Shown here piece after piece: positions 40,587 to 49,566 of a stretch of DNA of 53,864 nucleotides. A program made the position numbers and the translations under genes. The stretch is taken from positions 1-53,864 of IMG/VR virus record IMGVR_UViG_3300045988_098128; one strand, 5' to 3'. Under the pieces are notes generated by a model, which saw nothing but the letters and a program-made list of their open reading frames with translations, was not told the DNA's origin and did no database searches. Position 1 is the stretch's first letter; each line of letters begins with the position of its first letter. The stretch comes from a virus.

Positions 40587-41002
40587 TTGCTTTGTTCTTT
40601 TGGTTCGCCACCGCCTGCTTGTTTTCGCCATTTCGCGACGTTCAAAGCGAATTTCTCTATCACTTTCCAGTCTTCCGGCTCAAGTTCGGCAAGTGCCATC
40701 ACAAATTGCTTCACAAAAGATTCATCGGATTCATTCACTAATTTTCCGAACGCATCTATCAATGCATCTTCTGTGTCTTTCGGGCGGAACATATCTCCCT
40801 TGCCCGTTCTAAGCCAATTTTCGGCAACACCGTATGTATTGCATATATCGGAGATAACTCTATCAGTGACACCTATTCTGCCTATCTCTATATTGCCTAA
40901 GTTCGAACGCGATATGTTAATTCCCGCCGCGAACTCTTCCTGTGTTATCTTGCAGGCTTTTCTGACAGCGCGGATTCTTTCACTGATTTTATCTTCGCTC
41001 AT
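40583..41002 (-). CDS. CI-like XRE-family HTH repressor (no S24 peptidase domain)
   Basis: Contains ITQEEFAAGINISRSNLGNIEIGRIGVTDRVISDICNTYGV. It is divergent from the early operon. The RBS AAAGGAG lies 9 nt upstream. Confidence 0.8.
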   Translation of the reverse strand: MSEDKISERIRAVRKACKITQEEFAAGINISRSNLGNIEIGRIGVTDRVISDICNTYGVAENWLRTGKGDMFRPKDTEDALIDAFGKLVNESDESFVKQFVMALAELEPEDWKVIEKFALNVAKWRKQAGGGEPKEQSK

Positions 41003-41029
41003 TGATGTATCAACTCCTTTCCGTACTTA

Positions 41030-41058
41030 AATTATACCATCATTGCAATTGTTTGTCA
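41030..41058 (-). promoter_or_regulatory. consensus promoter for the repressor (TTGACA-17-TATAAT)
   Basis: Read on the minus strand. Spacing verified. Confidence 0.65.
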
Positions 41059-41103
41059 ATGACATTGGATAAAAATATTTTTTTATTTTTTGCTCGAAAA
41101 TGC

Positions 41104-41132
41104 TTGACAAGCGCATTTAAGAGTGATATAAT
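41104..41132 (+). promoter_or_regulatory. consensus early promoter (TTGACA-17-TATAAT)
   Basis: Spacing verified. Its -35 box lies 45 bp from the -35 box of the repressor promoter. Confidence 0.7.
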
Positions 41133-41185
41133 GATTACAGCAAACAAATTTAAGGCTTTCACAAACATTTTATACGGAGGTAAAA

Positions 41186-41365
41186 ATGAAAAAGTATCAA
41201 TTACAAGAGATTGACAATCCCGTTCTTGAAAGCATTCAATCAGCTTGCCTTGAATCAGGCGATATAGGACGCGCAATCATTCTCGCGTACGCCCAAGGCT
41301 ATGCAGAAGGAAAAAAGCACCGCGAAGAGCGTAAAGACGGTGAAAAGAAAGAGGATGAAGAATGA
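41186..41365 (+). CDS. small first early protein (59 aa; occupies the Cro position, no obvious HTH)
   Basis: Missing from the ORF track because it is 59 aa. The ATG at 41186 follows GGAGGTAAAA. ATGA overlap with the next gene. Sequence: MKKYQLQEIDNPVLESIQSACLESGDIGRAIILAYAQGYAEGKKHREERKDGEKKEDEE. Confidence 0.6.
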   Translation: MKKYQLQEIDNPVLESIQSACLESGDIGRAIILAYAQGYAEGKKHREERKDGEKKEDEE

Positions 41366-41973
41366 ACGAAGCGCAGATTTTCAAAAACCTCAAAGACATT
41401 CAGTTCGATGAGACTTTTGGAAGAGAAAAAAGCATCGGAGTAATCTACGCCGTGGAATATGGCGATTTGGTAAAAATCGGATGCACAAGAAACCCTAAAA
41501 TCAGATTGTTTGCTTTGAAGTCGCAATGCGAAAAGTATTCCAATAAAAGGTTTGGCAGAGTGCTGATATCCGAATTTCATTGTGGATATAGCGGAACCGA
41601 ACATGAGCTACATGCTGCTTTTTCCCCCAAAAGAATAACCGACACCGAATTGTTTACCGTGACTTTGGAAGAAGTACAAAAAGCTATAAAACAAATGCCT
41701 GACCTAAAAGGCAAACAAGCGGCAGTAAAGAAGCCCACACCCGAAAAAAATAAGAACACAGATCACGATGAAGTACGGCATTCATCAATGACAGAAAAAC
41801 AGCGAGAACAGGCTCGAAGAATTGCTGAAACAATAAAGGACGCATCCGAGTATCAAAAGAGGCTTATAACGGCATTCGCTGAGGGACTTATACATGGAAT
41901 AGAAATCACCAAGCAAGCTAACGAAACGATTAATTCCATACTCGCAGAAAAGGATGAATCCGACAATGAGTAG
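41362..41973 (+). CDS. T5orf172/Mug113 (GIY-YIG superfamily) domain protein
   Basis: Contains the motif GVIYAVEYGDLVKIGCTRNPKIRLFALKS. Confidence 0.65.
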   Translation: MNEAQIFKNLKDIQFDETFGREKSIGVIYAVEYGDLVKIGCTRNPKIRLFALKSQCEKYSNKRFGRVLISEFHCGYSGTEHELHAAFSPKRITDTELFTVTLEEVQKAIKQMPDLKGKQAAVKKPTPEKNKNTDHDEVRHSSMTEKQREQARRIAETIKDASEYQKRLITAFAEGLIHGIEITKQANETINSILAEKDESDNE

Positions 41974-42259
41974 CCCCTACAAATTCAGCGAGTGGACATA
42001 CGTTGATAAGGCAATCGCCGAAAATCGCCACGTATGCACCCGCTGTCACAGCGATATCACATCAGACCGCATCGGAGAACCCGTCCTCATCACATACGAC
42101 GGAGACAATATCGAGTATATCTGCCCCGACTGCACAGCAGACTTCTTCTTCTACTCCCTCGGCGAGACGTTGGAAGCACTGAACTGCGACCCCGTAGACA
42201 CCGTGCAGGACGAAGAAGACCGAAAGGAGCGGATGAAGAATGCCGAGATACCTTTATGA
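41966..42259 (+). CDS. hypothetical zinc-ribbon protein
   Basis: Contains CTRCHS...CPDC. The start was trimmed to the ATG at 41966. Confidence 0.55.
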   Translation: MSSPYKFSEWTYVDKAIAENRHVCTRCHSDITSDRIGEPVLITYDGDNIEYICPDCTADFFFYSLGETLEALNCDPVDTVQDEEDRKERMKNAEIPL

Positions 42260-42434
42260 TGTGACCAATCTGCACACCCAGCCGCCGGAAGTAAAGCCAC
42301 GCAATGGACGCAAAGCCGCATCACATAACAAAATAGACCCGACAGATACAGCCGTCTGCCTGACCTGCACCGCAAAGAAATGCACAGGTGCATACGCTTG
42401 CTTTAAGAGAAGAAAAAAGGAGTTGGCAGGATGA
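42240..42434 (+). CDS. hypothetical basic Cys-containing protein (64 aa)
   Basis: ORF within the operon. ATGA overlap with the next gene. Confidence 0.45.
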   Translation: MPRYLYDVTNLHTQPPEVKPRNGRKAASHNKIDPTDTAVCLTCTAKKCTGAYACFKRRKKELAG

Positions 42435-43249
42435 AACGCAAAGAATCACTGAAAGAGTATCATTCCCAGCACTGTCTTTCCAAAACAAAGTTGTTCCGTA
42501 TCATCGACAAATGCCCCGAATGGTTCAAATACTGCGAAGACCACCCCGAAGCGGCAGAGGAATCCAAATCACTTCTGTTCGGCGCGGCACTTCACAAGTA
42601 CGTACTTGAGCCGGAATCATTCTTCGACGAATACGCGGTAATGCCGAACGTCGACAGGCGAACAAAAGCGGGTAAAGAAGAGTACATCGCATTTTCCGAA
42701 AGCATAGGCGAAAGAGATGTGATATCGAACGACGATTTCACCGTTATTCAGCAGATGGACGCAAAAATCAAATCATTCCCCCTCGCGAAATACCTGCTGA
42801 CAGGTGAAATCGAAACCTCGTACTACTATAAAGACAGTCTGACAGGAATAGACCTGCAAGCAAGACCCGACGTTTACAAGCGTGTCGGAGAGCGCGGATT
42901 GATAGTCGACCTCAAAACGTGTGCAAGCGCAGACAGCGATACTTTTCGCAAATCCGCAGTAAACTACGGCTACGATATGCAAGCCGCGATGTTTATCGAC
43001 GCTTGTACCACCGAATACGGTATCCCGTGCGACTTTGTGTTCGTTGCAGTCGAAAAAACACCGCCATATATGATAAATGTGCTGTCGGCTGACGAACTGC
43101 TTATCAAGTACGGCAGAGACAGGCTGAGAGAAGCCATAGGAATTTACAAAGAATGCTCCGAATCCGGCAACTGGTACGGTTACAACGGATTCTCAGGCAT
43201 TATAAACAACCTCGGATTACCATCATATTTAGCAAAGGAGATACAGTAG
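42431..43249 (+). CDS. PD-(D/E)XK recombination exonuclease (DUF3799/RecE-C-like)
   Basis: Contains ...ARPDVYKRVGERGLIVDLKTC... (D...D.K). It is adjacent to the annealase gene. Confidence 0.7.
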   Translation: MKRKESLKEYHSQHCLSKTKLFRIIDKCPEWFKYCEDHPEAAEESKSLLFGAALHKYVLEPESFFDEYAVMPNVDRRTKAGKEEYIAFSESIGERDVISNDDFTVIQQMDAKIKSFPLAKYLLTGEIETSYYYKDSLTGIDLQARPDVYKRVGERGLIVDLKTCASADSDTFRKSAVNYGYDMQAAMFIDACTTEYGIPCDFVFVAVEKTPPYMINVLSADELLIKYGRDRLREAIGIYKECSESGNWYGYNGFSGIINNLGLPSYLAKEIQ

Positions 43250-44112
43250 TGAGAAACGAAGAATCCACCACAAACGTTCAGGAATACGCACAAGCCCCGA
43301 ATATGCCGCAGTCGGCTAATGTACCCACAGGAGACATAAATCAAGGCACGGTGCTCATAGAGAGCCAGAGAGCCATTGCAGAAGCGCAGGGCAAACTTAT
43401 AATTGCACAACGTTTCCCGCGTGACCCCATCAGAGCATACGCGAAGGTCATGGAAGCTTGTCAGAGACCTTCACTTGCAAATTCAGCTTTCTACAGCTAC
43501 AGCCGCGGCGGGGCTTGCGTTTCCGGTCCTACTATCAGATTTGCGGAAGAGCTTGCAAGATGCTGGGGAAACATAGACTACGGCATTAAAGAACTTTCTC
43601 AGGATACCGGAAAATCGGAAATGCAGGCTTATGCATGGGATTTGGAAACAAATACAATCAGCACCCAGAACTTTACCAATCCGCATATACGCGAGACAAA
43701 GACAGGTTCGGTGCAGCTCACGTCACAGCGCGATATATACGAGCTTAACGCAAACATGGGCGCAAGACGCTTAAGAAGTCGCATTCTCGCGATTCTTCCC
43801 GCCGACCTCGTTGAAGACGCAATCAAGAAGTGCAAAGAGACTATAGCCGGAAAGTCAGATGAACCGCTTGTTGACAGAGTAAGAAAGATGGTTGTTCAGT
43901 TCTCGAAGTTCGGCGTAACGCAGGAACAGATAGAAAAACGCCTCGGCAGAAAAATAGACACCATGAACACAGAAGACTTCGTTGAGTACGTCGGAATTTT
44001 CAATTCGCTCAAAGAGGGCGCGTCGAAAATCGCAGAATGGTTTGAATCAGCTCCCGAAGCAAACGAACTCACAGCTAATATCGAAGCGGCAATGAAAGCA
44101 GAGCAGAAATGA
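43249..44112 (+). CDS. RecT/Red-beta-like single-strand annealing protein (probable)
   Basis: Called from its position after the exonuclease. The GTG at 43249 follows AAAGGAG and overlaps the upstream stop. The family call rests on weak pattern similarity only. Confidence 0.55.
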   Translation: MRNEESTTNVQEYAQAPNMPQSANVPTGDINQGTVLIESQRAIAEAQGKLIIAQRFPRDPIRAYAKVMEACQRPSLANSAFYSYSRGGACVSGPTIRFAEELARCWGNIDYGIKELSQDTGKSEMQAYAWDLETNTISTQNFTNPHIRETKTGSVQLTSQRDIYELNANMGARRLRSRILAILPADLVEDAIKKCKETIAGKSDEPLVDRVRKMVVQFSKFGVTQEQIEKRLGRKIDTMNTEDFVEYVGIFNSLKEGASKIAEWFESAPEANELTANIEAAMKAEQK

Positions 44113-44564
44113 AGATTATAGTCGACACAAGAGAAAAGCCGAGAGCAATAGCGCAAATCCTCGCATATTTCGAGCAAAACGGAATTGAGTACGAAAAGCG
44201 AAAGCTCAATACGGGAGACTACATGAGAGAAGATAACCCGCTACTCACAGTCGACCGCAAACAAAATCTCGGTGAAGTCGCGAACAACCTTACGAACGAC
44301 AACGGAAGATTCATGCGTGAGGTGCGTAGAGCTTCTGAGAGCGGACAAAAGCTAATAGTCCTTGTAGAACACGGTGGCAGGATAAAGACGCTCACAGACG
44401 TTCACAGTTGGCAGAATCCAATCCGCGCAAAGCACCCCGAAGCGATAGACGGCAGAGCACTTTTAGAGCGTATGCACAGAGTGTCGGTAATGTACGGTGT
44501 CGAATGGTGGTTTTGCGATAAGTCGAACACGGGAGCAGAAATAGTGAGGGCTTTAAATGCCTAA
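44109..44564 (+). CDS. ERCC4-type nuclease
   Basis: Contains IVDTREK...GDY...VDRK, the ERCC4 motifs. Confidence 0.7.
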   Translation: MKIIVDTREKPRAIAQILAYFEQNGIEYEKRKLNTGDYMREDNPLLTVDRKQNLGEVANNLTNDNGRFMREVRRASESGQKLIVLVEHGGRIKTLTDVHSWQNPIRAKHPEAIDGRALLERMHRVSVMYGVEWWFCDKSNTGAEIVRALNA

Positions 44565-44784
44565 GCGCGGAAGCGGTAAACTGTACGAGCTGAACGGCGA
44601 ACGGAATACGCTGACGGAGTGGTGCAGGCTATACGGCGTTCCCGTGCAGAGGACGCAGGGAAGAATCAGCCGCGGCAACTATACCCTCCACGAAGCACTC
44701 ACAACACCGCAGGAGAACCCTATACAATCACGCAGGCGAAAGGAGGCACGGACACATGAAAAAGGTAACGGAGATAATAGATGA
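44557..44784 (+). CDS. small DNA-binding-like protein (75 aa)
   Basis: The pattern NGERNTLTEWCRLYGVPVQRTQGRISRGNYTLHEALTTP is common in phage HTH modules. Confidence 0.5.
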   Translation: MPKRGSGKLYELNGERNTLTEWCRLYGVPVQRTQGRISRGNYTLHEALTTPQENPIQSRRRKEARTHEKGNGDNR

Positions 44785-45022
44785 GAGACAGCTTGTAGAT
44801 GAGCTGCACAGAAACTGGAAAACACGCGGCTACACCGACGGCGGAATGGCGGAATTGCTCGAAATAACACCGAAAACAATTCATTACAAACTCAGCGGAA
44901 ACTTCCCTCACAACGGCTACAAAGCGCATTTTAAGGTCAACGAGATATTACAGATAATACACTATCTCGGCTTCAAACTCTATCTTGTGAGAGAGGATGG
45001 AGAACATGGCATTAATCAGTGA
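44756..45022 (+). CDS. hypothetical HTH-like protein (88 aa)
   Basis: ORF within the operon. Contains GMAELLEITPKTIHYKLSG. Confidence 0.5.
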   Translation: MKKVTEIIDERQLVDELHRNWKTRGYTDGGMAELLEITPKTIHYKLSGNFPHNGYKAHFKVNEILQIIHYLGFKLYLVREDGEHGINQ

Positions 45023-45812
45023 CAAGTGGAAAAACGAACTCAACTCGCTCTCTCAAAAGGACTATATTACGCTGACAAAAGCCATTTTGTTTGACCTTCC
45101 AGAACCACAGATATCCGCGAACAATCAGTACATAGCAGACAGGATATATGCAAGTCTGAAGGAAAGGACAAGAGCTAAAGAGGGAATGCAAAAAACGAGA
45201 AGGGAACGTAACAACTCCGTAACGTTACAAGAATGTTACAGTAACAACTCCGTAACGTTACAAGAATGTTACGGACAAGAAGAGAGAAAAGAAGGTGTCC
45301 CCCCTTGTTCCCCCCTTCCTCTTTCCCCCACACCCCCTATTACTAACCCCCCTATAATCCCCCCTTACCAAGAAAAAAGAGAAGAAGCACTAACGGGCGT
45401 GTGCGCGGGCGCGTGTGAGGACGAGCAGATTTCCTTTGAAGGCTTTGAACCCCTTGACCCGCCGGAATCCGAGGTTAAGCACAGAAAACCGACGATAGCG
45501 GAGCGTTTTGATGCATTATGGGCAGAATACCCCAAGAAAAACGGCAAAAAGAACGCTTTTGAGAGCTATCAGAGAGCTATAGCAGCCGGAGTGACCGACG
45601 AGACTATTGCCGACGGTATCAGGAGGTACAAGGACTACATAGCCGCAAAGCGCACGAGCGAACAGTACATACTTGCAGGCTCGACATACTTCTACCAGTG
45701 GCGTTGGCAAGACATATACGACACAAACACAGCCGACGGAAAAGACGAAAACGGAAAGCCGGCATGGATGTCGCAGGAAGACTGGGAGGAAATGAATGCA
45801 GTATTCGGATAA
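44997..45812 (+). CDS. replisome organizer / replication initiator-like protein with internal repeat array
   Basis: The C-terminal pattern FDALWAEYPKKNGKKNAFESYQRAI...YILAGSTYFYQWRWQD, a Pro-rich linker and an in-gene 2 x 33-bp repeat. It is followed by the DnaC-like loader. Confidence 0.65.
   Translation: MENMALISDKWKNELNSLSQKDYITLTKAILFDLPEPQISANNQYIADRIYASLKERTRAKEGMQKTRRERNNSVTLQECYSNNSVTLQECYGQEERKEGVPPCSPLPLSPTPPITNPPIIPPYQEKREEALTGVCAGACEDEQISFEGFEPLDPPESEVKHRKPTIAERFDALWAEYPKKNGKKNAFESYQRAIAAGVTDETIADGIRRYKDYIAAKRTSEQYILAGSTYFYQWRWQDIYDTNTADGKDENGKPAWMSQEDWEEMNAVFG
45208..45273. repeat. 2 x 33-bp exact-like tandem repeat rich in GTAAC/GTTAC boxes, inside the organizer gene
   Basis: gtaacaactccgtaacgttacaagaatgttac(a/g) occurs twice, encoding NNSVTLQECY twice. 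Confidence 0.9.
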
Positions 45813-46638
45813 TCCGTTCGCAGACACACTTACGAAAATAGCGCAAGCCGCAAAAGAAGCGAATCCGCGAGAGGACGGAGACTATACCGAAAACGGACTG
45901 CTGTATTGCGGAAAATGCCACACTCCGAAAGAGACAACAGTCACACTCGGAGGACGCGAAACAAAAGTGGCGTGTATGTGCAAATGCCGAGAAGAACAAG
46001 CGGAAGCCGAACGGAAAAAGTTCATCCACGACAGCCGAGCGGAAGCACTCAAAGACAGCGCATACGGTGACAAGGCACTGCGTAACTGCTGCTTTGAGAA
46101 CGACGACGGCACAAACCCAGAGCTGACAAAGAAATGCCGGAACTACGTTGAAAACTTCGAGAGGTTCAGCGAAAGCGGAAAAGGACTTCTGTTCTTCGGC
46201 TCATGCGGAACAGGCAAAACATATGCCGCTCTTGAAATTGCCAACGCGCTGATGGATAAGCTCTATTCCGTCAAGTTCGCAACGTTCACGGCGATAGCGA
46301 ACGAACTCTTTGATAACCCCGAAAAGCAAGGATACATAAACCGCCTTGCACAGGACTATGACCTCTTGTGCATCGACGACTACGCGGCAGAGAGAAACAC
46401 CCCATGGATGAACGAACAGCTTTTTGCAGTGATAGACGCACGGTGCAAAGCTCACAAACCGCTCATAGTCACCACAAACCTCACGAGAGACGAAATGTTT
46501 GACAGAAAGAACATAGACCGATACCGTATCTGCTCCCGCCTGATGGAGCTGTGTATCGCGGTAGAGGTAAACGGCAAAGACCGAAGAATATCGGACTATA
46601 TCAAAACCAAAGCAGAGTTTGAAGACCTGAACCAATGA
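45796..46638 (+). CDS. DnaC/IstB-like AAA+ helicase loader with N-terminal zinc finger
   Basis: Walker A motif FFGSCGTGKTY, Walker B motif LLCIDDYAAE, and N-terminal CGKCHTP...CMCKC. Confidence 0.8.
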   Translation: MQYSDNPFADTLTKIAQAAKEANPREDGDYTENGLLYCGKCHTPKETTVTLGGRETKVACMCKCREEQAEAERKKFIHDSRAEALKDSAYGDKALRNCCFENDDGTNPELTKKCRNYVENFERFSESGKGLLFFGSCGTGKTYAALEIANALMDKLYSVKFATFTAIANELFDNPEKQGYINRLAQDYDLLCIDDYAAERNTPWMNEQLFAVIDARCKAHKPLIVTTNLTRDEMFDRKNIDRYRICSRLMELCIAVEVNGKDRRISDYIKTKAEFEDLNQ

Positions 46639-46651
46639 AAGGACAAATACC

Positions 46652-46882
46652 ATGACTGATAACATAGAACTCACCGAATTTGCACTCTCCTCTTGGAATC
46701 TCCCGAGCAAAAAACCGAAAGTGTCCGGTGATTACCTCATTTGGACTTCCAACGGCATAGCAACCGTAGCGAACTACTCCGCAAAGTACGACGGATGGGG
46801 AATCACGAGCGACGGAAGAAGAGATTACGAAATCAAAGACGTTGAGAGATGGGCAAGCATTATCCTCCCGACAATGTACTAA
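46652..46882 (+). CDS. hypothetical protein (76 aa)
   Basis: ORF within the operon. Confidence 0.5.
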   Translation: MTDNIELTEFALSSWNLPSKKPKVSGDYLIWTSNGIATVANYSAKYDGWGITSDGRRDYEIKDVERWASIILPTMY

Positions 46883-46899
46883 CCGAAAGGACACAGGCA

Positions 46900-47208
46900 A
46901 TGAAACAAAGGCTGATACAGAATACACTGATATCGAGCGGCGTGACAATGCTCGGAGTTATAACCTCATGCGGAATGTGGTACTACACCGCCCCCTCGTG
47001 CGTCGTGTTCGCCGTAAGCGCATTGACAATGTGTCTGCTCACCATAGCAATAACAGCCGTCAGAGAGCTTTTCAGAGTGTATGAGCGCACACTGCCGAGA
47101 AAGCGCAGGAGAATCCGCATGAGATACGACAGCCGCGGAATGCACACCGACAGTCAGCGTCTCGGCTACGTATCGGCGGAAACAATCAGAGAGGTGTGCA
47201 GAAGATGA
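46900..47208 (+). CDS. small membrane protein
   Basis: The ATG at 46900 follows AAAGGACA. Two hydrophobic segments are present. Confidence 0.5.
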   Translation: MKQRLIQNTLISSGVTMLGVITSCGMWYYTAPSCVVFAVSALTMCLLTIAITAVRELFRVYERTLPRKRRRIRMRYDSRGMHTDSQRLGYVSAETIREVCRR

Positions 47209-47486
47209 AAAACGAAAGGAGCAAAACAATGACTGACGCAGAAAGATGTGTAACGTGCGGAGCTGTGATTCCCGAAGGGAGACAGGTATGCCCGATATGC
47301 TATGCGAAATACCACAACGACTACTCGGAAGAGCTGGCGTACCTCTGGAAGGTGCTGAAAAAGACCGAAAGCAGTCTCAAAACTGCCGACAAGAGAAACG
47401 CGCCGAACGAAGAACGCGCAAACCTCCGCAAAAGGCGCGATATGCTGTACACGATAATCAACATTGTGGAGGACGCGGGAGCATGA
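47205..47486 (+). CDS. zinc-ribbon protein
   Basis: Contains CVTCGAVIPEGRQVCPIC. ATGA overlaps on both sides. Confidence 0.55.
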   Translation: MKNERSKTMTDAERCVTCGAVIPEGRQVCPICYAKYHNDYSEELAYLWKVLKKTESSLKTADKRNAPNEERANLRKRRDMLYTIINIVEDAGA

Positions 47487-48277
47487 AGTGCTTGGCAAAG
47501 AAAACGCAGTACCAAAAGGCGGAGAACGCACTCACCACCGAATACGGAATGTGGCTTCTCGAATACGTTGACGTTGCTTTCGGCGTAACGCTTGCCGAGA
47601 ACTACGGCTTCCGCGAAAAGCGACTGCAAAGGTTTTACGACGGCAACCGCAACGGACTTTGCGAAATGGTTAACGCCAATATGCCGACGGCAATGTTTGT
47701 TGACAAAGGCAAGGGCAGACGCAAGGGAGACAGTTCAGACCTCATTGACGATGGCGTAGACACGACGGAGTACATGATAAAGCGCGAACTCCGAAACATA
47801 GGCTTCTCGGACTGTGATTTTGAAGCACTGTCGCCGGAGAACCGCTACAACGAGAGCGAACGCCACACACAGCTCGATGTCATGTCTCACAACGTGAGAA
47901 CGGCGTGGTATGAAGCAAACGCAAGACGCGCTGTTAGGCTCTACGCGGCGTATACTCTGCTTTATATGCATGACACCTACAACTACGGCGCGGAGAGATT
48001 AAACCGCCTGTACGCGCTCGTAGCCCCTCAGATAAAGTCTTACGTCGAACGATTCTTAATAGGCAGCCGCCGCGTCGACAGAGAGCTGCACAAGGAACTG
48101 GACGAGATGCACGGCAAACTTGAGAAATGCGGACTGCACCTCGAAGAAGTTGTAAAGGAAGACGCGGTAGCGGTAAGCCGAAAAGAACCGCCGAAAGAAC
48201 CAAAGAACCCGCCGATACACCTTGACATAGGCGAATACGAAAAAATCATGAAAGAAGTTGCCCGAGTGGCGTTATAG
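47483..48277 (+). CDS. hypothetical protein (264 aa)
   Basis: Track ORF 47246..48277 trimmed to the ATG at 47483 (ATGA overlap). Confidence 0.6.
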   Translation: MKCLAKKTQYQKAENALTTEYGMWLLEYVDVAFGVTLAENYGFREKRLQRFYDGNRNGLCEMVNANMPTAMFVDKGKGRRKGDSSDLIDDGVDTTEYMIKRELRNIGFSDCDFEALSPENRYNESERHTQLDVMSHNVRTAWYEANARRAVRLYAAYTLLYMHDTYNYGAERLNRLYALVAPQIKSYVERFLIGSRRVDRELHKELDEMHGKLEKCGLHLEEVVKEDAVAVSRKEPPKEPKNPPIHLDIGEYEKIMKEVARVAL

Positions 48278-48287
48278 GGAGATACAC

Positions 48288-48698
48288 ATGAACTTCAAAC
48301 TTAAAGCAGGAGCGTTCGCGCCGATAAGAGCGCACAAGCAGGACGCGGGAGTAGACCTCTTATCCCCCGTCACGGTCACGATATACCCTGGAGACAGCGC
48401 GACAATAGATACAGGAGTGTGCGCGGAGATACCCGAGGGATTCTGCGGTCAGATATGGTCAAAGAGCGGACTGAACGTCAACCACGGCATTCTCTCGACA
48501 GGAATGGTGGACAGCGGTTACGGCGGCAGTATCAAGATTAAGCTCTACAACCACTCTCACGAGATTTACACGGTAAATCGCGGAGACAAGATATCACAGC
48601 TTGTGGTAACACCTTGCGACACAAGCGACGTGGTCATAGTAGACGAAATAGCAAGCGGAGAGCGCGGAGAAAACGGCTTCGGCAACACGGGAAGATAA
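48288..48698 (+). CDS. dut: dUTPase
   Basis: The motifs AGVDL, KSGL, DSGYGG and ERGENGFGNTG are present. The ATG at 48288 follows GGGAG. Confidence 0.85.
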   Translation: MNFKLKAGAFAPIRAHKQDAGVDLLSPVTVTIYPGDSATIDTGVCAEIPEGFCGQIWSKSGLNVNHGILSTGMVDSGYGGSIKIKLYNHSHEIYTVNRGDKISQLVVTPCDTSDVVIVDEIASGERGENGFGNTGR

Positions 48699-48735
48699 TC
48701 GCAAATTAAACAAAACACAAAGGAGAAAACAATAA

Positions 48736-49392
48736 ATGGCTACGAAAACAGAACAGAGCGCACTGGAAATTAAGGAAATTATACTTGAAACGGTTACGTT
48801 GAGGATTGTCGGCGAAACTCCGCTGATTATGCACGCATGGAGTGAAAAGGCAAAGCGTGAAATCCTCGACAAGCAGATGAAAGCAACAAAGACAAGCGCG
48901 AAAAAAGCAAAGAATCCTGTGGAAGACTTCATCAGGTCAATGTATTGGCTCACACCAATGCCCACAGACATGACCGAAGACGGATTTAACGAAGCTATAG
49001 CAAACGGAGCAAGGTTTGGCTTCCCTGTCACGGCATTCAAGCAAGCCGCAATTTCCGCTTCCTACCGCATGGGATGGAGCAAGGACAAGGCTTCTTTGAG
49101 AGGTGTGTTCTTCATAGAGGGAGACGAAAATCAGATGATTGAAATCAAAAGTGACGTTCCCGTAATGCGCGAAGATATGGTAAAAATCGCGGGAGGAACG
49201 GCGGACATTCGTTTCCGCGGCGAGTTCAGGAAGTGGTACGCAGACATGAAGATAACATACAACAAGAATGGACAGTACACACTTGAACAGATAATCAACA
49301 TCATAAATGCAGGCGGTTATTGTTGCGGTGTGGGCGAATGGAGACCCGAGCGAGACGGTCAGTACGGCAAGTTCAGAGTAGCTACAATCTAA
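48736..49392 (+). CDS. hypothetical protein, diverged paralog of 37768..38370
   Basis: See 37768..38370. The RBS AAAGGAGAA lies upstream. Confidence 0.65.
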   Translation: MATKTEQSALEIKEIILETVTLRIVGETPLIMHAWSEKAKREILDKQMKATKTSAKKAKNPVEDFIRSMYWLTPMPTDMTEDGFNEAIANGARFGFPVTAFKQAAISASYRMGWSKDKASLRGVFFIEGDENQMIEIKSDVPVMREDMVKIAGGTADIRFRGEFRKWYADMKITYNKNGQYTLEQIINIINAGGYCCGVGEWRPERDGQYGKFRVATI

Positions 49393-49398
49393 CCTCTT

Positions 49399-49566
49399 GG
49401 CAGGCGAGGTGGGGCACGGCGCGGCTTGGCAAGGTAAGGTAAGGTTCGGCAGGTGTGGTGTGGTGAGATGGGGTATGGTATGGCAAGGTCCGGCCTGGTA
49501 TGGTATGGCAGGCATGGCATGGCAAGGCGCGGCACGGTGAGGTGAGGTTTGGTAAGGTTCGGCAGG
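49399..49566 (+). repeat. degenerate pentanucleotide array (about 33 x GGNNN)
   Basis: A GG dinucleotide recurs every 5 nt from 49399 to about 49562, with three single-nt phase slips (at about 49403, 49452 and 49511). Many adjacent duplicated pentamers occur (aaggt x3, ggtgt x2, ggtat x2 twice, gcatg x2, gtgag x2). Confidence 0.9.

Noticed and set aside
43153-43248. An N-terminal extension of the annealase ORF, which begins at 43153 in the track.
   Set aside because: It would overlap the exonuclease gene by 97 nt. A GTG at 43249 with an AAAGGAG RBS fits the operon coupling.
45516-46710. Minus-strand ORFs 45516..45827, 45619..46029 and 46201..46710.
   Set aside because: They run antisense to the organizer and DnaC-like genes and have no RBS.
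47246-47482. A long N-terminal extension of 47483..48277.
   Set aside because: It overlaps the whole zinc-ribbon gene 47205..47486 in another frame. An ATGA-coupled start at 47483 is far more plausible.
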